From the NCBI GenBank assembly GCA_001600815.1, contig BCKZ01000005.1, positions 319,532-383,531 of the forward strand: DNA of 64,000 bases. The letters are read 5' to 3'. The translations under genes and the position numbers were made by a program. Every line of letters begins with the position of its first letter. Positions within the stretch are counted from its first letter, which is position 1. This stretch comes from Alloascoidea hylecoeti (taxonomy: Eukaryota). Below the pieces are notes generated by a model. That model had not been told where the DNA came from. It saw nothing but the letters and a program-made list of their open reading frames with translations, and made no database searches. Shown here piece by piece: positions 37,581-47,553 of this stretch.

Positions 37581-38288
37581 ACTAGAATTGTCTCCAGTAA
37601 TATTTAGAGAGGTTAGGAAGTATTATTTGTATTTATTTAGTAATAATTCCTTGAGAAAGTCCTTTAATCAAGATCTTATGTTTATAGACTATACTTTTTT
37701 TCGTAGTAAGTTACGCCGTCATTGCGTGTTAAATGATAAACTACTGCAGGTATAACTATAGTCATATTCTCGAGCGGCTTTCCTAACTAATATTGCATTG
37801 GACTGATATTGACAGGATCTTAACGATAATATAGGTATATCTATTGATTTTTATTTTCATCTTATCAGACTATCCTTAATCTTCGATAATTAGTGAATCA
37901 AGCAGAATCTTGTAAATTATAATTAACTGATAAAACCATTATTATGGAAGTACATGTATGCCATAAAGTCGTATCATCTCGTATATGTTGTCAAGACAAA
38001 GTGAGTAATATACTGCAATACATTTAAAAGTTAAGTCAATGTTATAGAAGATAAAAAGCTTTATAAGGTGACTACAATAATATCACAAATATTGATTTGA
38101 TTTTAAATTCAAATCCATGACCAATTATATTGATGATGATAATTTATTCATAGAGTGTAATTATAACGGTACCACTGTCAATAAGGGAAAATAAAATTGT
38201 GCAATATTAATTATTTTTAAAAATTGTTAGTTAAATACTATATATCTATTTGTTTAACAATTAATTATACATTAATATTATAAACACA

Positions 38289-38714
38289 TTAATCCCTAAT
38301 AGGTCCAGACTCAATCCAATATAATAATCCAAGTAATGTATAAGCAAAAAACATTACAAATGAGAATAAAGCTTTTACGAAACTTTCAATTTTATATTTA
38401 GAAACCTTTTTAAAAATATCAGTAGGATGTATTTGTAATTCATTTTTCTTGAACCGAAAGTAGTAGTTATAGAGAGTAAATGGTACATTAAGAAAGGATA
38501 ACCACCAATGACCACCAAGAAGTAGAATGACTGTGATCAATACTTGTGTTACCATCTCTGGAATAAGGATGCTATTACAATATTGACACATCTTAACTGA
38601 GTTTGTTAATTCGGCAGCTAGATCTCCATATTGAACTAATAACAACGCTTGGGAAATAAAACACCCAATATTTAAAATACCGGATAATATGACCGTGTAA
38701 TGAGAAGGAATCAT
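38289..38714 (-). CDS. Cornichon family ER cargo receptor (Erv14/Erv15-like)
   Basis: YGDL, N.ILIPE, LLLGGHWWLSFLNVP and PTDIFKKV..YKIESFVK pattern; three TM segments. Confidence 0.85.
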   Translation of the reverse strand: MIPSHYTVILSGILNIGCFISQALLLVQYGDLAAELTNSVKMCQYCNSILIPEMVTQVLITVILLLGGHWWLSFLNVPFTLYNYYFRFKKNELQIHPTDIFKKVSKYKIESFVKALFSFVMFFAYTLLGLLYWIESGPIRD

Positions 38715-38948
38715 TTCAGATTTAATTTTTACGAGTAAATGAAAGAAAAGAAGGAAAGAGACGTTAGTTTGATTTGAGCCTTACGCTAACCAAACGGTAT
38801 GTGGATGTACGGGTGTACACTTGATAGTTGGCATGACAACATTTTTTGATTTCTGTTTGTGTTTTTTTTCTGGATCTCCTTTTCATCAGACGTTAAATTT
38901 ATTTTCAACATCAAAAAACAAAAAATAGATCATCATCTGCTAGAAAAT

Positions 38949-40337
38949 ATGTCACGACCCAGTTCTGTATACAGAACTTCAACAGCTCCATCTTCAGTGA
39001 GATCCCGGGCTCATCAGCCAGAATTCAGCTTTCCATTTTTAGATTTCCATGAAATTGCTTTATGCTTACGTGGGTGTGGATTTGTTGCATCTGAAGAAGC
39101 ATTTTTAAAACCAACACCACAATATATTCAAACTTTATGTGAACAAATAGCAGAAGAATTTCTTGGAACTTCTCAAAAAGATCTTAGATCTGCTTTAGCA
39201 GTATCATCAGCTGAATATGATATTGATGATTCACAATTTGAAGCAAGAAATTTAATGGCATTAAGGAGGGTCTTACATGGATTTTTGGTGGATTGTGGAA
39301 TTGATGATTTTACAATTATGGATATGATCAGACCTGAACCTCAAAGAATTCGAAAAATAATGTCTGCTGTTGTGAATTTCGCAAGATTTAGAGATGATCA
39401 TATAGCTGATTGTGAAAAAATAATGCAAAAAAGTGAAGAAATTGATTATAAAGATGGAGTATTAGCTGATGAGAATGAAAAATTACACGAAAATATAACT
39501 GAATTAGAATCACGGGTAGAGATTGATTTACAAAGACGAAATCAATTAGATCAACATAATAGTGAAGTTGAAACTGAACTAAGGAAATGTAAACGAATTC
39601 AAGAATCTTTAGTTACTGAAAGAGAAAATTATAAACAAGAGAAAGCACGCTTATGTGCAAATTTAGAAGATCGAAATTTCATGGTATTAGAGACGAAAAA
39701 AGAAATTGATAGAGTGAAACCATATATTGTTGATTCGCCTGATCTTTTACATAAAATCAATAGTGATATGACTGAATCATTAGAATCTGCAAAACAAGAA
39801 TTAGAAAATTTAGAAAAAAGAGCAAGGAAATTACAAACTTCAAATGATTCCTTTGCTATAATTGAATCTGATTTAAGATCATGTTTAAAACTTGTTGAAG
39901 AAATTGAAACTGAATTACAAAAGGAAGAAGAAGCATCAAAGAAATTAAATCGATTTCAAGAACTTCATGATGGAAACACAATCACTTTACATCAATTAGT
40001 TAGAAAAATACAACAACTGCAAAGACAAATAGTAAATTCTGATGAAAGGATAGATAGACTTAAACAACAATCTGAAACTAAAAGTAAGAAAACAAAAGAT
40101 AGTATGGCTGCCTTAAAAGATCGATATTCTACTTTAGTCGCTGAAAGAACTGTCACACAACAAGACATCGATCAAAAGAAAGCTTTTATCGAATCTACTG
40201 AAAAACAAATGACTGAATTAAAAAGTGCTTGTGATAATGAAATTAGAGAAACGGAAATAGAAGCTCAACGTTTAAAAGCACATATCAGTATGTATCTTAA
40301 TGAAATGGAACAAAGAATTGCTTTAACATCTAGATAA
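38949..40337 (+). CDS. NUF2: Ndc80 kinetochore complex subunit Nuf2
   Basis: FPFLDFHEI, CGIDDFTIMDMIRPEPQR..IMSAVVNFARFR, long coiled coil; ATG at 38949. Confidence 0.93.
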   Translation: MSRPSSVYRTSTAPSSVRSRAHQPEFSFPFLDFHEIALCLRGCGFVASEEAFLKPTPQYIQTLCEQIAEEFLGTSQKDLRSALAVSSAEYDIDDSQFEARNLMALRRVLHGFLVDCGIDDFTIMDMIRPEPQRIRKIMSAVVNFARFRDDHIADCEKIMQKSEEIDYKDGVLADENEKLHENITELESRVEIDLQRRNQLDQHNSEVETELRKCKRIQESLVTERENYKQEKARLCANLEDRNFMVLETKKEIDRVKPYIVDSPDLLHKINSDMTESLESAKQELENLEKRARKLQTSNDSFAIIESDLRSCLKLVEEIETELQKEEEASKKLNRFQELHDGNTITLHQLVRKIQQLQRQIVNSDERIDRLKQQSETKSKKTKDSMAALKDRYSTLVAERTVTQQDIDQKKAFIESTEKQMTELKSACDNEIRETEIEAQRLKAHISMYLNEMEQRIALTSR

Positions 40338-40590
40338 CAAATTCTACAAAACTATTTTAAGCTTGTAATCCAGAGAGGGTTTTTATTATTTTTATATTAT
40401 TATTTTGACTGGATGGCTTGTTGTATCATAAGTACTTTTTCTTGTTAAGTTTTTTTATATATCGTTACATTGTATCCATATATTGTCCTTTTTGTAACTG
40501 TCTTAAACTTTTGATTTCTCTAGTTCGTTTTGATGATTCTATATATCTAAATTAATCATTAGTTACCTTATATATAATGCAAGTAAAGTA

Positions 40591-41567
40591 TTAATGTCTC
40601 CCCAATCTTTCATGCTCATCACCAGTTAGTTCATACGCAGGTTTATAAACAGTATTTCCTTCTTCATCTATTTCATCTGTTTTTAAATATGGATTTTTCT
40701 TGGTATTATATAATCCACCAAGAGAAGTATAACCCTCATCATATAACTGACAATAAGGAATACCTCCCATCTTTAAAAAACACCAAATTTCATCATAATG
40801 CCATTCAAGTACAGGATGAACACGAATGAAATCAGGCCAACCATGATCTGTCTTTTGTATATATTCAAGTTTCCCACCATATGGATCATTTCGCCGTATT
40901 CCAACAATAATTGCTTTTATTGAAGGTTTTAAAGATAAATATGATCCAAAACCTTCTTTTAAAGGCCCAGGTAATCTAGTTAAATCCAATGAATAACTAG
41001 TAATGCAATCATCAACAAATGATTCAAGTTGTGGGAATGAATTTTTACAATAAACATAAACAGTTTGAATATTAAAATCATCTAATTTTGATTCATGATT
41101 TTTATGTAATAATGCTAAAATTATAACCATCATTACTAAACAGTCTTTACCACCATTGAATGAAATTGCCAACTCATCCAGACTATATAAAAATAATTGG
41201 GTTAATCATTAATCATCAGATTAGTAATATCGATAATATTTCAAAATACATACTTGAACTTTTGAAAAGCATCTTCAAGTATCGAGATCGTAAGTCTTAT
41301 CTGTTTCTTTGTCCGTATCAGAAGTTCAGAGTTCTTGTATTCTTCTTCGGGAAAGTTCAATAAAGTATTGACTACTTCATAAGCTTTAGCACAGGCACTA
41401 AATAAATTTGGCTCATCATCATTACCTTGTTCCGACGATATTTTATCTAACTCATTTAATACTACATTTATAGGGGAGTGTTTCTCGGTAAGTTGTTGTG
41501 ACTGTTCTACTGTCATTTTCTTGGTTGTTGGTAGTGAAGTATATGTCATATCCCGACTCATGGCCAT
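40591..41567 (-). CDS. FAD1: FAD synthetase; exons 41567-41254 and 41182-40591, intron 41183-41253
   Basis: Spliced FNLDELAISFNGGKDC, GIRRNDPYG, WPDFIRVHPVLEW, YDEGYTSLGG, ERLGR; GTATGT...TAG intron in frame. Confidence 0.92.
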
Positions 41568-41799
41568 GTGAAAATAAATTAAAAAGTGGAGAGTTAATAT
41601 TTTTCGAGTTTAATTTTCGTTTAGTGTAAGGAAGGAATTTTGGCACAAAAGCAATATGATTATTGTACCTATACGGACCATAATATATATCGCTTTTTTA
41701 AAATTTATCATACATTACTTATTTACTACCTTTTCTCTTTAAAGAGCGTAGAAGCCCTTGGGGTCAGAAGGTAGAATATGTCGTAAAGATGGAAGCATG

Positions 41800-42420
41800 T
41801 TCTCCACATAATTCACCATTTCTACAATTTCTTTGATTTTAATAACAGTTCTACGACCTTGGAAAGCCCCCTCACTCCTTCATTAACTCCAGAAGATGTC
41901 ACATTCAAGTTTTCCCGTGAATTGAGTGTTTTGTGTAGTTCTGGCACATCTATGAAGTAGTACCGATAAGACCCAAACATATGGAGCAGATGAGGCCTTC
42001 TCATCAGAAACCAATTTTTTCCCCACAAAATCGGCTAATCGCTTCATATTTTGTTCATCAACCGTGTGCGATAGAAGTATTTTCAATCAGTTTAATTGGG
42101 GGTTTTTTCCATCACTGCATTTCTTTAAAACACCTTCTGTATTGGATGGAGATATAATTGATTTTTTGAAACCAGGAAGTATATTTTTAGAATTCAATGC
42201 CTGGTTTCGACACTTATCATATAGTTTCCTAAAGTTAGCTTTCTGACCCGACATATTATTCTCGTCATCACACTTCTTGAAAGCTGCTTTCAAGTCGCTA
42301 TAGTATATCCTTTTGATGAGTTCTTTGAATTCTAATTTCACGAAGAAAAGCTATAGAACCAGAAAATTTCTTCCCCTCACTCTTATTTAAAGAAGTCCTC
42401 TAAAAATGGCACGGTCGCAT
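41800..42420 (-). mobile_element. Degenerate pogo/Fot1-like DNA transposase relic
   Basis: LKAAFKK...NFRKLYDKCRNQALNSKNILPGFKKSIISPSNTEGVL resembles the post-catalytic segment of Fot1/pogo transposases; broken frames. Confidence 0.55.
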
Positions 42421-42751
42421 AAATCACGTATATTACTATCTGGAATATAGATATGATTGAATTGTATGTAGGTAACCCTGATTGTCTCCTTCACGTTGCT
42501 ATTAATATATATTGTTGATGTGATGGTGCTCTCATTCAGTATTACATTTAATTTCGGCCAAATATAGTGGACTACAGATCTAGAAGGTTTGTCACCATAT
42601 TTAAAGTATCCGAAACATTTGAATGAATTTAACGAAAAGAAATACGAAAGCTGTATATAAACTATATAATTATAAGCTTAATTCTGTTAATTCCGGTTAT
42701 TACATTTTAGTAATTTTATATATACAATTTTTCTTTCAATTTGTTCTTTAC

Positions 42752-44062
42752 CTAAGAATCGACTGCATATCTTTTCATCAACTCCAATAGATACTTATCA
42801 ATATTTCCAAGTTTCCCGGTATCTTCATCACACCAAATTCCAATTCCATGAATAGAATAAGTACCTTCTTGTATATTATGCATTTCGCTGGATACACTCT
42901 TTAAAATATCAGCAGTTCCTCTATTTCCTTTGATACCATTTAATTCCATTTCATTTATAAGCAGATCAATTCCAAAAATGTCTTTATAATATTCCCATCG
43001 AATCTTTATAATTTCATTATAGATATCAGTAGTACAACCATATATGTATATATTTATATTGTCATTTTTTTTAGCTTCTTCAAACATAGATAGAGCACCA
43101 CTAACACATCCATATTCTTCAGCTAAAAGTCTAATACCTTCTTGTAATAATAATGGTAAAGTTCTTGAATCAACAATTGGCATATGAGGTAAAACTTCTT
43201 TTAAATTATTAATTTCAATGTCATTCGGTGTAACTTTTGTTTCTTCACCTTTTAATTTCTTATTAATTGCTTTTTGATGAACTTCATAAATTTTAAATTT
43301 TTCTAATATATTTTCTCTAATAAATTTAATTAGGTCATAATCTAATTTAAAAGTTTTCATATGTTTAAAAGTTGGATTTAATGCTTCAAGTAAAGCTTTT
43401 CTTAATTTTTGATTCTCTAACATATCTTTTATTGATGTAGTAGAACGAGTTTGATCAGAATCAATGAACATTGATGAAACAGACATTGGGAATTCTCTAA
43501 TATCTTTATTTGTTATGCTAATTGATGATTGATTTGATGATGATGATAATGCTCCATTTCTTGATTTTTGTTTATTAATTATATTATTAAAAGTTTTTTC
43601 AAAAACTGCTTGAACTTGATGAGAATTTTGAACATTTTCTTTCTTTTCTGCCCTTGTTGATTCAACAGTTGCATTTTTTGATTTTAATGCTTCTTTTGAT
43701 AATAAATTTTCAAATAGATTATTAAATACTTGTCTTTCTTTAACAGTTGCACGAATAGTTGATTTTGAAATTGATGGATTTACAAAAGTCCTTGTATTTC
43801 CTTCTGGTATTATTCTCTTTCGATCTCTTATGAATGGATCAGCAAATCTTGATTGTGGATTATAACTACTATTATTACTGTTATCTTTATGTGATTTTTC
43901 AACATCTGTTATGGCGGATAAAAAACTCCAGTCACCTTTTACTGCTGTTTTTTCATCTTTATCTTTTAGTGTCCGTAATACCCTGTAAGTCGAAAACAAT
44001 TGTTTTGATGTTATAATATCAATTATCTTGATATTTTTGGTATATGTTGGCAACATGACCAT
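42752..44062 (-). CDS. MTF2: Mtf2-family mitochondrial protein
   Basis: ERQVFNNLFENL; LPLLL...ALSMFEEAK...YIYGCTTDIYNEIIKIRW...LINEMELNGI; lies beside FAD1, MRP10 and SIR2 as in S. cerevisiae. Confidence 0.8.
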   Translation of the reverse strand: MVMLPTYTKNIKIIDIITSKQLFSTYRVLRTLKDKDEKTAVKGDWSFLSAITDVEKSHKDNSNNSSYNPQSRFADPFIRDRKRIIPEGNTRTFVNPSISKSTIRATVKERQVFNNLFENLLSKEALKSKNATVESTRAEKKENVQNSHQVQAVFEKTFNNIINKQKSRNGALSSSSNQSSISITNKDIREFPMSVSSMFIDSDQTRSTTSIKDMLENQKLRKALLEALNPTFKHMKTFKLDYDLIKFIRENILEKFKIYEVHQKAINKKLKGEETKVTPNDIEINNLKEVLPHMPIVDSRTLPLLLQEGIRLLAEEYGCVSGALSMFEEAKKNDNINIYIYGCTTDIYNEIIKIRWEYYKDIFGIDLLINEMELNGIKGNRGTADILKSVSSEMHNIQEGTYSIHGIGIWCDEDTGKLGNIDKYLLELMKRYAVDS

Positions 44063-44424
44063 TAAGACATTTGGTACTAAAGATCTAGTAAAGCAAATTT
44101 TTTAAGCTTCAACATCCAGTGGTCAAAAATAAAAATAACGAAATCAACATTTATATATTATTTGTAAATAGCAAGTAATTTTACTAAACAAGCACATTAT
44201 TATAAACGTAGCAGATATAGAGAAATAGTGAACGATAGTGTTACTGTGTTAAATGGAAACAATTCAAAGATTACTTGTCTCGCTTAGTTCATTTAATGAT
44301 TTTATTTGATTATTTACCTTGATTTTGGATTTATAGACTACAATTAAATTTAAACAAATATCAAATGCCATTTATAAGAATATTAAAATTAGTAGTGATA
44401 TGAATATATACAAAATATACTACT

Positions 44425-44777
44425 TTATTTCTTTTCTTTTCTTTTCCCTCCAATTTTAGGATATAACCTTTGAGCATGATAATTGATATTAGATGGAACA
44501 CTTTTTGTCGGTTTCTATAATCAATAATGGGTCAGCAACTCTAAAATATATAAATAATATATAAAATCATTCTGGCAATACTTACATAAGTGTCCATACA
44601 CTGTTTTAATTCGGTTTCCCCAGGTTGGCATGCGACAGACCCCTCTCCATTACTGGCCCAGCAGTTCAGTAACACTGTCAGCGACACAAGACATGGATTT
44701 GGTTCCTGTTTAACATAAGGATTTTTGACCTTTAGCTTCGGTAGTGGATTTAATCGAACTGCTGGTTTTGGTTTCAT
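44425..44777 (-). CDS. MRP10: Mitochondrial ribosomal protein mS37; exons 44777-44586 and 44514-44425, intron 44515-44585
   Basis: RLNPLPKLKVKNP, twin Cx9C, exon 2 SNINYHAQRLYP; GTAAGT/GCTGAC/TAG intron. Confidence 0.92.
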
Positions 44778-44952
44778 TTTGATGTATTATGTATTTCTTT
44801 TTCAATATCGAAATTGGTGTATCAAATTTCACAAATTTACCCGGACCTGGACGTGGATACCAAACATAATTACAACTTTTATATTTTAGATTTGTTAAAC
44901 AAACCCTCCATTTGAATTTCTTTTCAAAAGTATTCATGAATGTTTCTTTAAA

Positions 44953-46284
44953 ATGTCACAATGCTCAGAAACGCCTTTAGCAACCAGCTCGCTCTCTGGT
45001 AAATCCCCAGACTTTGATGCTTTATCAGAGTCATCTATCATATCAGCTGTAGAAGGTCAAGATATCGATTCATCTGTTGATAACAATTCAGAATCTCCTG
45101 TTGAAGAATTAGATTACCTTCAAATTGCAGATGGTTACTCACCACGGCAAAAAGTGGAGGTTAAAGAATATCTTTTGGATAAGGGGATCGGTGATTTTTT
45201 GGAACATTATGTTATGTGTGATTCGGCTCCTTATACAATTCCTGAACTTATTCTACTTCTAGGATTTGTTTTACCTAATAATATTATGAATGATCAAACA
45301 TTATTTGGTCAAGAATTATTATTTTTACATTTAACAAATTCAATGAAGAGAGTTGTAGCTTCAAAACAAAGACATAGATTATCTGGATTAACTGAAATAT
45401 CTCAACTTTGGCCAATATTAGAAACAGCTAAAAATATTATTGTATTGACTGGTGCTGGTATATCTACATCACTAGGAATTCCTGACTTTAGATCAGATAT
45501 GGGATTATATACAAAACTCGCTGCTATGGGTATAAGTGATCCACAACAAGTATTTAATCAAACTGTATTTAAAAATGATCCAAAAATCTTCTATCAAGTT
45601 GCAAGAAATATTTTACCACCAAAAGAAAAAATCACTCCTACACATGCTTTTATTAAAGTATTACAAGATCGTGGGAAATTATTAAGAAATTACACTCAAA
45701 ATATTGATAATTTAGAATTTCATTCAGGTATTCAAAATGATAAAATTATACAATGTCATGGATCATTCGCAAAGGCAACTTGTCAAACTTGTGGTTATAA
45801 GTGTTTAGGTTCTGATATATATCCTCAGATTAGAAGTCAAACGGTTGCAATGTGTCCACTGTGTGAGAAGCGTGATGATGACAAAATACCAGAAGCGGTA
45901 AGATTAAGTCCAATTTATGGAGTAATGAAACCAGATATTACTTTTTTTGGTGAAGATCTACCAAAAAATTTTCATAGTCATTTGAAAAAAGATACTGCAA
46001 AATGTGATTTATTAATTTGTATTGGTACTTCATTAAAAGTCGCTCCTGTTAGTGAAATTGTAACACAAGTTTCACCTGATATCCCACAAATTTTCATTAA
46101 TAAAGATCCAGTTTTACATACCAATTTTGATATCACATTATTAGGACTTTCCGATTTAGCAGTAGAATACATATGTCAGAATATGAGTTGGGATTTTTAT
46201 CATGAAATGTTAACGAGAAAAAAAATCCTTACAAAAGAGATTGTTCCTGGTACTTTCAAAGTTGAGTTGGCGGATTCTCAATAA
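44953..46284 (+). CDS. SIR2: NAD-dependent deacetylase, Sir2/Hst1 class
   Basis: GAGISTSLGIPDFRS, RNYTQNIDNLE, QCHGSF, Zn cysteines, YGVMKPDITFFGE, IGTSLKVAPVSEIV. Confidence 0.9.
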   Translation: MSQCSETPLATSSLSGKSPDFDALSESSIISAVEGQDIDSSVDNNSESPVEELDYLQIADGYSPRQKVEVKEYLLDKGIGDFLEHYVMCDSAPYTIPELILLLGFVLPNNIMNDQTLFGQELLFLHLTNSMKRVVASKQRHRLSGLTEISQLWPILETAKNIIVLTGAGISTSLGIPDFRSDMGLYTKLAAMGISDPQQVFNQTVFKNDPKIFYQVARNILPPKEKITPTHAFIKVLQDRGKLLRNYTQNIDNLEFHSGIQNDKIIQCHGSFAKATCQTCGYKCLGSDIYPQIRSQTVAMCPLCEKRDDDKIPEAVRLSPIYGVMKPDITFFGEDLPKNFHSHLKKDTAKCDLLICIGTSLKVAPVSEIVTQVSPDIPQIFINKDPVLHTNFDITLLGLSDLAVEYICQNMSWDFYHEMLTRKKILTKEIVPGTFKVELADSQ

Positions 46285-46569
46285 TAATACTTTCTCGGAT
46301 ACATGTTTACGAATTCGAGTTAATGATGAATGTAATGTTGGCTTTAAAAGGAGGTTATATTTAGGCATTTTCATTTAGCTAGTATGATATAGAAATTTGT
46401 TTTGTATTTTGGGGTATGCACTTACATTAATGTGCATTTGTATATATTTTTTACAATCGATATGAACAATTTGTTTTCCTTTAATAGCCATTTTATAATA
46501 TTGAATTTTAATCTTCTATATGGTTATAATATACTATGCATATTGGAAATTTTTACATATATACTTAGC

Positions 46570-46990
46570 ATTTCGTTTGGACGGCTCTTGTCATGATGAT
46601 GGGGCGTGTCTTGGGACTGTTGTGTATCTCGGGTCCATCACTTCATCCACTGTATGCTTCCATATCAACCTCCACATCCACTGTAGCCCAATAAACCAGT
46701 GAATCAGTAAGTTAATCTTCCTTTAACTTTGTGCGCAATTGGTATTTTTTTTGTTTACCACCTCCGATGAGTGTTCACCATTCTTTCTGTCATAAAATGT
46801 TGGACGGGAGCACACCGTTTATATTTTATAATTTTTGAAATTGGTGTATTCGGTTCAAGTGCTATTCGTTCAAAATATTTATCGATTCTAGGTTGCCTCC
46901 TTGTTCTCTTAATGAAAGTTTTTTTTACTTATTATGCAGGGTTGTGGAAAGGTTGGTGTTCACAAATTCATCTGTAATGCCCAAACGGGC
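46570..46990 (+). ncRNA. Candidate structured non-coding RNA, family unassigned
   Basis: 22-bp long-range helix 46662-46685/46935-46959 with G-U pairs, closing helix 46573-46583/46978-46988, several nested hairpins; GC above the intergenic background; no credible ORF. Confidence 0.5.
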
Positions 46991-47553
46991 CTCATTTTCC
47001 AAACAGAATATGTGTTAGGTATTTACGTACTCTAAACATTGTCTCTTCAAGAAAACTAATAAGGTGCGCTAATCACATATACCATACAGATTATTAGTAT
47101 TCATTTGTTTAAATTTAAATTCAATTGAATTTGCTCTTCTGCTCTTACAACAAAAACAGACCTAGACCTAAGTTATCTAACATAATTTGTGCATATCCCT
47201 TGCATCATGCGGCTGTACCAACCACGAAATATTTTATTGTTAGCTACATGTATAACTTCTTCTCTTCATTCTTCTCCTCAGATTTTGAAAGTTCTTGAAT
47301 CGCAGGGCTGAAATCCAGCTACTAGTATACTATATAGTTTACAAAAAAAACATATCAACATTATCAAATATTTATAGTCAAACATGCAAACATAAATAAA
47401 AACTAATAATTAATGGATCGAAAGGCAGAACTGATCATAAATATATATAAACAAATATTATTAACTTTAATGTGAAATCAATACTGTCAAATTTCTTTAA
47501 CTAAAATCTTTTCTTTTCTTTTCTTTTTAAATGAATGTAAAGTCATTCATCAT

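Noticed and set aside
46561..46570. U1 snRNA 5' end (ATACTTAGC)
   Set aside because: U1 needs ATACTTACC; no U1-70K loop motif follows
46983..46996. RNase MRP CR-V-like AAACGGGCCTCATT
   Set aside because: No matching CR-I partner to form helix P4 was found upstream
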